NCBI GenBank assembly: GCA_038087875.1
Contig: JAXLNO010000131.1
Coordinates: forward strand, 1-38,354
Length of the DNA stretch: 38,354 bases
Reading direction: 5' to 3'
Origin: Malacoraja senta
Lineage: Eukaryota
Below are positions 21,201 to 33,378 of the stretch, one piece after another (within the stretch, counting starts at the first letter, position 1; each line of letters opens with the position of its first letter). Under the pieces are notes generated by a model that did not search any database, was not told the origin of the DNA, and was given only the letters and a program-made list of their open reading frames with translations. Made by a program: the position numbers and the translations under genes.

Positions 21201-24200
21201 CCGGGACGGTGCCGGTGTCCGGGTTGGTGTCACTGGCGCTGGAAGAAAGGACGTGCCGTTAATGTCGTGGAGTGGGGGGGGGGGGGGGAGGTCATAAGGT
21301 CATAGTGATATGAGCAGAATTAGGCCATTCGGCCCATCGTCTACCCCCGCCATCCAATTAATGGCTGATCTATCTCTCCCTCCTAATCCATTCTCCTGCC
21401 TTCTCCCCATAACCTCTGACACCCGTACTGATCTAGAATCTGTCTATCTCTGTCTTAAATATATCCATTGACTTGGCCTCCACAGCCGTCTGTGGCAAAG
21501 AATTCCACAGATTCACCACCCTCTGACTAAACAATGTCCTACTCATCTCCTTCCTAAAGGAACGTCCTTTAATTCTTTGACCTCTGGTCCTAGACTCTCA
21601 CACTAGTGGAAGCATCCTCTCCACACCACTCTATCCAAGCCTTTCACTATTCTGTATGTTTCAATGAGGTACCCTCTCATCCTTCTAAACTCCAGTGAGT
21701 ACAGGCCCAGTCCGTCAAACGCTCATCAAAGGTTAACCTACTCATTCCTGGGAATCGTTCTTGTAAACCTCCTCTGGACGTTCCCCAGAGCCGGCACATC
21801 CTTCCTCAGAGATGGTGTCCATAATTGCTTACAATATTCCAAATGCGGCCTGACCAGCTCCTTACAGAGCCTCAGCATTACATCCCTGTTTTTGTATTCT
21901 AGCCTCTAGAAAGAAATGCTAGCGTTGCGTTTGCCTTCCTTACTACCGATTCGATTTGCAGATTAACTTTTTGGGAATCCTGCACCAGCACTCACAAGCC
22001 CATTTGCACCTCCGATTTCTGGATTCTCTCCCCATTTAGAAAATAGTTTACGCCTTGATTCGTACGACCAAAATGCACGACTCCACACTTTGCTGTACTA
22101 CGGTATATTCCATCTGCCACTTCACTGCCCACTCTCCCATTCTGTCCAAGTCCTTCTGCAGTGTCCCTGCTTTCTCTACACTACCCGCCCTTCCATTTAT
22201 TTTGTATCATCCGCAAACGTGGCCACAAAGCCTTCAATCCCCTCGTCCAGAGCAGCACCGACCCCCGCGAATCTCCGCTAGTCACTGGCAGCCAACCAGA
22301 AAAAGCCTCCTTTATTGCCACTCTTTCCCTTCTGCCATCCAGGCAACCTGCCATACATGCTAGTATCTGTTATAGCACAATATCGGGGAACGGGGGGGGG
22401 GGCGGGTCATAAGGCCATAAGTGATATGAGCAGTATTGGGCCATTCGGCCCATCAAATCTACTCCGCCATTCAATCATAGCTTCCTCTTAACCCCATTCT
22501 CCTGCCTTCTCCCCATAACACCTGACACATATCTATCTCTGACTTTAAATGTTAATTGGCCGCCTCCACAGCCCCCTGGGGCAAAGAATTCCGCAGATTC
22601 ATCACCTTCTGACTAAAGACAGTCCTTTTCATCTCCTTCCTAAAGGAACGTGTTTTAATTCTTTAACCTTCAGTCCCGGACTCTCTACTAGTGGAAACGT
22701 CGTCTCCACATCCACTCTATCCAAGCCTTTCGATATATGGTAAATGTAAATGAGGTCCCCCTCATTCTTCTAAAGTGCCGTCAAAAGCTCATCATAGGTT
22801 AACCTACTCATTCCTGAGATTATTCTTGTAAACTTCCTCTGGACGATCTCCAGAGCCAGCACATCCTTCCACAGATACGGTGCCAAAATTGCTCACAACA
22901 CTCCAAATACGGCCTGTCCAGCGCCTTATAGAGCCTCAGCATTACATCCCTGTTTTGGTATTCTAGCCCTCTTAAAATGAATAGACAATAGACAATAGAG
23001 GAGGCCATTCGGCCCTTCGTGCCAGCACCGCCGTTCACTGTGATCATGGCTGATCATCCACAATCAGTACCCCGTTCCTGCCTCAGTTTACCTGTGGCTC
23101 CGGTCCCCCGGCTGCCGGTGAGTGAGGTGCCGGTCCCGGGGGAACCCATGTGTGGTGGTGTTGTCCGACGGGCTGGGGGGTCGGTGGGAGTAGGGCGGGA
23201 TCCAGGGGGCGGCTCTGATGCGGACCCGGGGGTCCCGGGTGTGTTCCGGGACGGAGTTGGTTGCCGGGACGGTGCCGGTGTCCGGGTTGGTGTCACTGGC
23301 GCTGGAATAAAGGAGGTGGCGTTAATGTCGTGGAGTGGGGGGGGGGGGAGTTCATAAGGTCATAGTGATATGGGCAGAATTAGGCCATTCGGCCCATCGT
23401 CTACCCCGCCATCCAATTATGGCTGATCTATCTCTCCCTCCAAATCCCATTCTCCTGCCTTCTCCCCATAACCCCTGACACCCGTACTGATCTAGAATCT
23501 GTCTATCTCTGCCTTAAATATATCCATTGACTTGGCCTCCACAGCCGTCTGTGGCAAAGAATTCCACAGATTCATCACCCTCTGACCAAACAATGTCCTA
23601 CTCATCTCCTTCCTAAAGGAACGTCCTTTAGTTCTTTGACCTCTAGTCCTAGACTCTCCCAATAGTGGAAGCATCCTCTCCACACCCACTCTATCCAAGC
23701 CTTTCACTATTCTGTATGTTTCAATGAGGTACCCTCTCATCCTTCTAAACTCCAGTGAGTACAGGCCCAGTCCGTCAAACGCTCATCAAAGGTTAACCTA
23801 CTCATTCCTGGGATCGTTCTTGTAAACCTCCTCTGGACGTTCCCCAGAGCCAGCACATCCTTCCTCAGATATGGTGTCCATAATTGCTTACAATATTCCA
23901 AATGCGGCCTGACCAGCTCCTTACAGAGCCTCAGCATTACATCCCTGTTTTTGTATTCTAGCCTCTAGAAAGAAATGCTAGCGTTGCGTTTGCCTTCTTT
24001 ACTACCGATTCGATTTGCAGATTAACTTTTTGGGAATCCTGCACCAGCACTCCCTTGCCCCTTTGCACCTCCGATTTCTGGATTCCCTCCCCATTTAGAA
24101 AATAGTTTACGCCTTGATTCGTACGACCAAAATGCACGACTCCACACTTTGCTGTACTACGGTATATTCCATCTGCCACTTCACTGCCCACTCTCCCATT

Positions 24201-27200
24201 CTGTCCAAGTCCTTCTGCAGTGTCCCTGCTTTCTCTGCACTACCCGCCCTTCCATTTATTTTTGTATCATCCGCAAACTTGGACAAAAAGCCTTCAATCC
24301 CTCGTCCAGAGCAGCACCGACCCCCGCGAATCTCCGCTAGTCACTGGCAGACAACCAGAAAAAGCCTCCTTTATTGCCACTCTTTGCCTTCTGCCATCCA
24401 GCCAACCTGCCATACATGCTAGTATCTGTTATAGCACTCTGTAATATATAGAGTGATAGAGGGGGGGGAGAGAGATAGGGGGTAGAGAGGGGGTGGGAGA
24501 GGGCCGGGGCTGAGGGGGGGTGCGGGGATGGGGAGGGAGAGGAGTAAGATACCGGGTGGGGGTGAGGGGTGAGGGGTGAGGGGGGGCAGTGGGACAGAGT
24601 GGGGGGGGGGGGGGGTCAGTTCCCCTGTGGCTCCGGTCCCCGGGCTGTCGGTGAGGGAGGTGCCGGTCCGGGGGAACCCGTGTGTGGTGGTGTTGTCCGA
24701 CGGGCTGGGGGGTCGGTGGGAGTGGGGCGAGGTCCAGGAGGCGACTCTGATGCGGATCCGGGGGTCCCGGGTGTGTTCCGGGTTGGGATCGGTTGTCCGG
24801 ACGTTGCCGGTGTCCGGGTTGGTGTCGTTGGCGCTGGAATAAAGGAGGGGGCGTCAATGTCGGGGACGCGGCGCGGTCCACCGGCTGAGCCGAGCGATCA
24901 CTGGACGCGCGTCTGGCGGCGGGGACACGGAGGCCGATCTCCGGACGAGCGCGGTTACCTGTCGCTGTCCCGGTCCCGGCGTTCGGGCGGGTGCCCGGTG
25001 CGTAAGTGGCCGCCGAGCCGCCGCTGCTCGCTGTCACCGTGCTGGGGACTGGAGTACAGAATGTTTAACGTCCGGCCCGGAGTAAACGTTGTCCCGCCCC
25101 TCCCACAGCGCGGCGCTCCCTCACCGCCCCTCCCAAAGCGCGGCGCTCCCTCACCGCCCCTCCCACAGCGCGGCGCTCCCTCACCGCCCCTCCCACAGTG
25201 CGGGGGGGGGGGGTGTTGGTTACCGGATCAACATGAACCCGACTGGTTGTGCTTCCAACTGGGAAAGTTCTGCAACATTCAGCAGGTCAGGCAGCATCTG
25301 TGGAGATGGGAACGTTTCATACTCCCACCCTACCGGAGATATCCCCCCCACCCACGCATCCCCGCCACGCCTCCCCCCCCCCCTCACCTCACTGTGACCA
25401 GGGCCCCTAGAGTTGCACCGTTATCTCGGGTTCTCCCTCCACAGGTGCCACCCGTCCCGCCGGCTGTTTGCAGCTTCCATGGGTTTTATTTCGGGTTTGC
25501 AGCGTCTGCGGGTCTGGGTGGTGTGGGGAGTCGGCGTGTGGCGGTGCAGCACCGGTCACTCACCGTCAGTGTCACTGGTCAGCACCCGGACCTCCGTCCG
25601 CGCCTCGTCTCTGTTCTCCCCGTCCACCGCCGTCACCTGTCCCGCACAACACGCGAGGGTCATACAACACGCGAGGGTCATACAACACGCGAGGGTCATA
25701 CAACACGCGAGGGTCATACAACAACATTGTAGTGAACAAAGGATGTTCTTTTGGGAAGGAGATGAGGAGGAATTTCTTTAGTCAGAGGGTGGTGAATCTG
25801 TGGAATTCTTTGCCACAGATGGCGGTGGAGGCCAAGTCAGTGGATGTATTTAAGGCAGAGATAGATAGATTCTATAATTAGTGCGGTCTGGGGTTATGGG
25901 AAGAAGGCAGGAGAATGGGGTTGAGATGGAGAGATAGATCAGCCATGATTGAATGGCGGAGTAGAATTGATGGGCCGAGTGGCCTAATTCTTCCCCTATT
26001 CCTTATGAACACGCGAGAGTCGCACAACAACACGCGAGGGTTAGAGGCGAGGATCGGCGGTGTGGATGGTCGGGGGTCGCGGGCGGCCGGAGAGCAGGTG
26101 GGGTCAGCGGCCGGGGAGACGGTGCGAGTCGGGAGCGCTTCGGCAGCCAGGCGTGCCGGCGCAGGGCAGTGCGTCCGACCGCTAAAAAATGAAATCTGTT
26201 ACAAAGAGGTCCGTATAACGAGGTTTATTGTACTTGTAATTATGAGAGGCATTGAGAAGGTGGACAGAACCTTTCTCCCTGAGTGGAAATGTCAAAGACT
26301 ACAGGGCACAGCTTTAAGGTGAGAGGGGTAGAGTATAGCGGAGATGTGCGGGGCAAGTATTTTACACAGAGGGTGGTGGGTGCCTGGAACGCGCTGCCGG
26401 GGGTGGGGTGGAGGCAGATACGATAGTGGTGTTTAAGGGGCTTTTGGATTGGCGCATGGATATGCAGGGGAATGGAGGGACGTGGATCAGAGGGGATTAG
26501 TTTAACTTGGCATCATGTTTCAGTACGGACATTATAGGCCGAAGGGCCTGTTCTGTACTGTTGGGAGGGCGGAGGCGTGATTGGGATACCCGAGGCCGGG
26601 AGGGTTGGGGGGGGCTCACCGTCAGGACGTGTTCGTGTTGGCCGGGAGGGAGGGGGGAGCGGGTGAAGATCAGGCCGTCTCTGTTGATGGTGAAGATGTC
26701 GCCCAGACTGAGGGAGTAGGTCATCGCAGGGTTGTTCGACTGTGGAGAGAGGCGGTCAGTCAGAGTGGAGGGGAGGGGCAGAGACCCCCATCGAGGGTAA
26801 CCCCCCACCCCCAAGCACCCCAACCCAGGGGACACCTCACCCAGGGGCAAACCACACACAAGGAGCAGACACGCCCTCACCCAGGGTACAAACACCCCCC
26901 CCTCCCAACCCCGGACAGAAGCACCCCCCCCTCCCTCCCGGAACTCACCCCATCTAACCTTCCAGAGCAGCCTGCCTTGTGGAACCCTGTCAAAGGCCTT
27001 GTTGAAGTCCATGTAGATAACATCTGCACCTCTGCCCTCATCAACCTTCTTGGTTACTGCTTCGTAGAGGCGTAGAGTGATACAGCGTGGAAACAGGCCC
27101 TTCGGCCCAACTCGCCCACACCGGCCAACACGTCCCAGCTACACTAGTCCCACCTGCCCGCAACCACCTTTCTCACATTGCCCTGCTATCCCGCGGACTA

Positions 27201-30200
27201 TCTCTATCGCGTCTCCCCAGATGCATGGGAAGGGTGGGACGTACGTTGGGGTAGTCCTTGTCTTGAGCCAGCACGACCAGGGGTTTGGTAGAGAAGCCCC
27301 GCTCCAGGACGATGCTATCGGGCGGTGAGTTCCTCTGGATGGTCCCGTAGTAGACGAGCTTGTGGAAAGCAGGTGGGTGGGTGTTGATGTGGACGACAGT
27401 CAGGGTGACCGTGGTGGTGGTGGACTTGTACCGATCGTTCTCCTGGTAGGCCTAGATAATGGACGCAACAGGTTAGATGCTCCTGACTCCCAGCGCGCCC
27501 CACCCCCCGCCCATGCCTCTACCCCCCCCCCCCCCCGCACACGCCCCCCCCGCCCACGCCTCCCCCCCCCCCATGGGCAGCAGTTTCCAGAACCTTCCCT
27601 TACTCATCCGGCAGTTGGATGGGAGAGTGGGGCATGGATGCAGGGGTTGGCGGGTGTCTGGACCCCAGCCTTGTGTCTTGTTACTGGTGGGGTAACAACA
27701 TTCTCCGGGGATGGGCAGAGACCCGCTCCCCATCTCCCAGCCCCATCATATAACCATATAACCATTACAGCACCGAAACAGCCATCTCGGCCCTTCAAGT
27801 CCGTGCCGAACATCCCCCCCTTCTTCCTTCCCCCCTAGTCCCATCTACCTGCACTCAGACCATAACCCTCCATTCCTTTCTCATCCATATACCCATCCAA
27901 TCTATTTTTAAAGGATAAAATCGAACCTGCCTCCACCACTTCCACTGGAAGCTCATTCCACACAGCTACCACTCTCTGAGTAAAGAAGTTCCCCCTAATG
28001 TTTCCCCTAAACTTCTGTCCCATAATTCTCAAGTCATGTCCCCTTGTTTGAATCTTCCCTACTCTCAATGGGAAAAGCTTATCCACGTCAACTCTGTCTA
28101 ACCCGCTCATCATTTTAAAGACTTCTATCAAGTCCCCCCTTAACCTTCTGCGCTCCAAAGAATAAAGACCTAACTTGTTCAAACTTTCTCTGTAACTTAG
28201 TTGCTGAAACCCAGGCAACATTCTAGTAAATCTCCTCTGTACTCTCTCTATTTTGTTGACATCCTTCCTATAATTAGGGGACCAAAATTGTACTCCATAC
28301 TCCAGAATTGGCCTCACCAATGCCTTGTACAATTTTGACATTACATCCCAACTTCTATACTCAATGCTCTGATTTATAAAGGCCAGCACCCCAAAAGCTT
28401 TCTTTACCACCCTATCTACATGAGATTCCACCTTCAGGGAACTATGCACAGTTATTCCTAAATCCCTCTGTTCAACTGCATTCCTCAATTAGCTGCCATT
28501 TACCATGTACGTCCTATTTTGATTTGCCCTGCCGAGATGTAGCACCTCACATTTATCAGCATTAAACTCCATCTGCCATCTTTCAGCCCACTCTTCCAAA
28601 TGGCCTAAATCTCTCTGTAGACTTTGAAAATCTACTTAATTATCCACAACACCACCTATCTTAGTATCATCTGCATACTTACTAATCCAATTTTCCACAT
28701 CATCATCCAGATCAGTGATGTACATGACAAACAACAGTGGACCCAACACAGACCCCTGAGGCAACCCACTAGTCACCGGCCTCCAACCTGACAAACAGCC
28801 ATCCACCATTACTCTCTGGCATCTCCCATTCAGCCACTGTTGAATCCATCTTGCTACTCCACCATTAATACCCAACAATTGAATCTTCTTAACCAACCTT
28901 CCATGAGGAACCTTGTCAAAGGCCTTACTGAAGTCCATATAGACAACATCCACTGCTTTACCCTCATCAATTTCCCTAGTAACCTCTTCGAAATATTCAA
29001 GAAGATTAGTCAAACATGACCTTCCAGGCACAAATCCATGTCGACTGTTCCTGATCAGACCCTGCTTATCCAGATGCTTATATATATTATCTATAAGTAT
29101 CCTTTCCATTAATTTGCCCACCACTGACGTCAAACTAACAGGTCTATAATTGCTAGGTTTACTCTTAAAACCCTTTTTAAACAACGGAACAACATGCGCA
29201 GTACGCCAATCCTCCGGCACTATTCCCGTTTCTAATGACATTTGAAATATTTCTGTCATAGCCCCTGCTATTTCTACACTAACTTCCCTCAATGTCCTAG
29301 GGAATACACTGTCAGGACCTGGAGACTTATCCGTTTTCATATTTTTTCAAAAGGGTCAGTACTTCCTCTTCTTTGAATCTCATAGTTTCCATAGCTACTC
29401 TGCTTGTTTCCCTTACCTCACATAATTCCATATCCTTCTCCTTGGTGAATACCAAAGAAAAGAAAGTGTTCAATATCTCCCCCATCTCTTTTGGCTCTGC
29501 AGATAGCTGTCCACTCTGACTCTCTAATTGACCAATTTTATTCCTTGTTATCCTTTTGCTATTAATATAGCTGTAGAAACCCTTTGGATTTACTTTCACC
29601 TTACTTGCCAAAGCAACCTCATATCTTTTTTACCCTCATGGAGAGGATGGACTAGTCATAGAGCAGAGGACATTTATCAGTCACAACCCTGTGACGCTGG
29701 GGGAGAGGGGGGGGTGCCCTTGTTGAGGTGTACAAGATCACGAGGGTACGTGGATATGCAGGGAATGGAGGGATGCGGATGATGTTCGGCACACACATTG
29801 TGGCCGAAGGGCCTGTTCTTGTGCTGTCTCGTGCTAGGATATTGTCGGTGGCGTGTCTGGAGATGTTGGTCAGATGGACGTCAGCTTCTTCAGTCCTCCA
29901 ACACCCCCTCCCTGGGACGCTGGGTCCGGTCAGTGACTTTCTGGAGGGGAGGGGGCGTGTCAGAGAGGGACGGGCTCCGGCCTCGGCTAGCCCTCGGCCC
30001 GACCAGAGTGGCTGTGGGCGTGGGTGACCTACCAGGATGGTGAGTGTGATGGGCCCGAGGCTGGTGACCGCCTTGGTCATGTTCAGCGCTCCATCCCTCT
30101 CGTGAATCTGAAAGGTGTGGTTATCATCTCCTGCCAAACACACCACAGAGCTGGGGTAAGGTCAGGAACCCCCCGCCCTCCAACCCCACCCTCCCACCTC

Positions 30201-33200
30201 CTCGCCCCTCCCCCCGCCCCACACCCCGCAGCCCCCACCCTCCCACCTCCTCGCCCCGCCCCCACCCCACACTCCCCAGCCAACCCCCCACCGCCTCACA
30301 CCCCCCCTCCGCCCAACACCCTCCCGCAACCCTCAACCTTCCCACCACTCCCCTCCCCCCCGCCCTCACACCCTCCCACCTCCTCACCCCCCCCCCTTCG
30401 CCCAACACCCAAACTCCCACCCCCCACCCCTCACACCCAGGCCCAACCCACCCCACCCCTCATCTCTCCCCCGCCCCGCATCCCCCACCCGCAGCCGCCC
30501 ACCCCGCACCCCCACCACCTCGCTCCTTCCCTACCCTCTGCCTACGCTCCCCAACAGGGTGATCCCACTGACCGCCGGAGACCCGTGGGCACCCTAGGGT
30601 GCACGTAGACACACATGGGTGATGACATGGATGGGTGGGCACCCGAGGGTGTCTATGGACAAACTGAGGGTTGGCGTTTCACCACCTGGACAAACCTGGA
30701 CAAACCGGTAGAGGTGTGTCCCTCGGAGCAGAGAGGGGCCGCGGGCGTTACCCCTGTACCCGGGCGTTACCCCTGTACCCGGGCATTACCCCTGTACCCG
30801 GGCGTTACCCCTGTACCCGGGCGTGACCCCTGTACCCGGGCGTGACCCCTGTACCCGGGCGTTACCCCTGTACCCGGGCGTTACCCCTGTACCCGGGCGT
30901 TACCCCTGTACCCGGGCGTTACCCCTGTACCCGGGCGTTATTTCTGTACCCGGGCGTTGCCCCCTGTACCCGGGCGTGACCCCTGTACCCGAGCGTGACC
31001 CCTGTACCCGGGCGTTACCCCTGTACCCGGGCGTTGCCCCCTCTCTCCCGGTTATCGCAGCTCCGGCACCGCCGACCCACCATTGATGATCCGGTACAGG
31101 ATGATGGCGTTGATGCCGGAGTCTCCGTCCACCGCCAGGATGTTCCGCGGCCGGAGGGTCAGCGGGCCGAGCTGTGGGCAACCGAGGGGGGGGGAGGCGT
31201 GAGCATGGAGTGGGGACGGGACGGGGGAGGGGGGTGTAGGGTGTAGATGTGGAGGCAGCGAGCGGGGGGGGGGCAGGGAGGGGTAGGGGTTCACAGGGAG
31301 AGGGGAGGGGGCAGGGGGGGGGATGGGGTGGGCGGGTCTGACAGGGGGGTACCTCTATCGTATGCTGCCTGGTGCTCCCGGTGTAGGCGGCAATGAGGCA
31401 CGGGGAGGGGGCTGGGGAGGGGAGGGAGGGGAGGGGAGGGAGGGGTGGGTCGGGGGAGTGGGGGAATGATGGGAGGGGGGCTGGGGGGAGGGGGGAGGGT
31501 AGGGGGGGAGGGGCTACTTCGATGGTGTGCTGCCTGATGTTCCTGGTGTGGGCGGCGTTGAGACACAGGGAGGGGGTTTTAGAGGGGGGTGGGCTGTGGC
31601 AGGGGGGTGTGGCGGGGGTGTTGGTTATGGCAGGGGGTGTGTGGCGGGGGAGGAGGGGGAATGAGGGGAGGGGGGGGCTACCTCCATGGTGTGCTGCAAG
31701 GGCCAGGAAGCGAGCGGGTAAGATTATCTCTGACCCCTCTCACCCTGGCCACAAACTCTTTGAATCACTTCCACTTCCCTCTGGAAGGCGACTCCGGACT
31801 GTCAAAGCTGCCACAGCCAGACATAAAAACAGCTTTTTATCCACGAGTAGTAGCTCTACTCAATAACCAAAAATCTGTAGCCTCCTTTCGCTCTGGTATT
31901 TTATTTAATTCACATGTTTAATCAATAATGTTTTATTATTAAAGTTTAATGTTTCATGTATCATTCTTAAGTGTCACAGTGCTTCATGTTGTCACTTGTG
32001 GGTGGAGCACCAAGGAAATTCCTTGTATGTGAATACTTGGCCAATAAACTTATTCATTCATTCATTCATGCTCCCGGTGTAGGCGGCAATAAGGCACGGG
32101 GAGGGGGCTGGGGAGGGGTGGGGCGGGGCGGGGGGGGGGGTAGGGACACTGAGCGGGGGCGGGCTACCTCTATGGTGTCCTGCCTGATGCTCCCGGTGTA
32201 GGCGGCATTGAGACACAGTCCGGGCCCCACCGACCCCGCGCACGGCTCGAACTGCGGGGGCCGGTTGTCTTCGTCCAGGACTCTGACCGTGATGTTCACC
32301 GAATCATTGACCTGTTGGCTGTCAGCAGCTTCCTGCCGCAGAGGGAGACAGGGACTGCATTTATATAGCCACCTTGGGAACGTACATCAATCAACTACAC
32401 TGCGCGGCGCTGCCTCGCTACTGTCCTTCTCACGATGCGGCGCTCCCTCGGTACTGCCCCTCCCACAGTGCGGCGCTCCCTCATCACCGTCCCTCCCTCA
32501 GTACCGTCCCCACCCCCACCATAGTGTCCCGCCTGCGGTCCGGGGTGGGCCCTGGGGCTGAGGCAGGGTCTCAGCCCACACCGTGTCCGGCCTCTACCCA
32601 CGGCCTTGGCCCGACTCCACCCCTCCCTCCCTCCCTCCCCGCCGCCCGGCCCCTCGCCTTGGCGTCCAACACCAACGTCAGGCTGCGGTTCACTTCATAG
32701 TCCAGGGCGCGTTCCAGGTACAGATCGGGCGTGTTGACAGTCTTCAGTCGGAAGTACGTGGCTCCGTCCTGCGGGAGAGAACGCAGCATTAGTGTTAGAG
32801 CCTCAGAGGTGTGGAGTACAGGTGTGGTCTGTGCACAGGTGAGGTGCACAGGTGTGGAGTACATGTGTGGCCATGCAGAGTAGGTGTGCCCGTCTGATCT
32901 CCCGCTCACCGTAGTGGGGTCCAGGCTGTAGTAGATGACGTCTTGGTCGAGATCCACGGCCGTCACAGTGGTCCAGAACTGGCCGACGGGGTAGAGCTGT
33001 AGGAAGCGAGGGCAGAGTGTGAAGCAGAGATCCTGACCCTTCACCCCACCTGTCGGCCCACTCCACCTGCAGCATCAGGTGGCCCACTGTCCCACCCAGC
33101 GTTTCTCAACCGTTTTACCCTTGCGGAACCCTTGAAATGATTTTCGTTTCAGGGAACACATACATACTAATTATTATATATCTTTATCAATCTCTTTCTT

Positions 33201-33341
33201 TCTCTTTCATAAACTTAGTTCATAAGGCAAACATAATATATTTTTCTGATAACTGGTTTAAGCAAAAAAATAACTGAAATCAAACTGCTTGTTCAAAACT
33301 GAAGCAAATAAAGGCAAACAGAAGAACTAACCTTGGAGGAG

Positions 33342-33378
<37 letters not shown>

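Larger units (their letters stand above)
20311..24437. repeat. Tandem segmental duplication of about 2.06 kb (20311-22378 and 22379-24437)
   Basis: Both units start aatatcggggaacg, end tatctgttatagcac, and carry the same CR1 fragments around one 210-nt mucin exon. Confidence 0.92.

Noticed and set aside
24569..25732. 387-aa plus-strand ORF, the longest in the track
   Set aside because: Antisense to CDHR5 exons and running through minisatellites; GC-rich, with no recognisable domain.
26200..26232. Tigger/pogo-like terminal sequence (ccgtataacgaggtttattgta)
   Set aside because: No matching second TIR found, so no element can be delimited.
30742..31037. Regular short repeats that might suggest a CRISPR array (also 17050-17332 and 34548-34895)
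   Set aside because: Head-to-tail units with no unique spacers, no cas genes and a vertebrate context.
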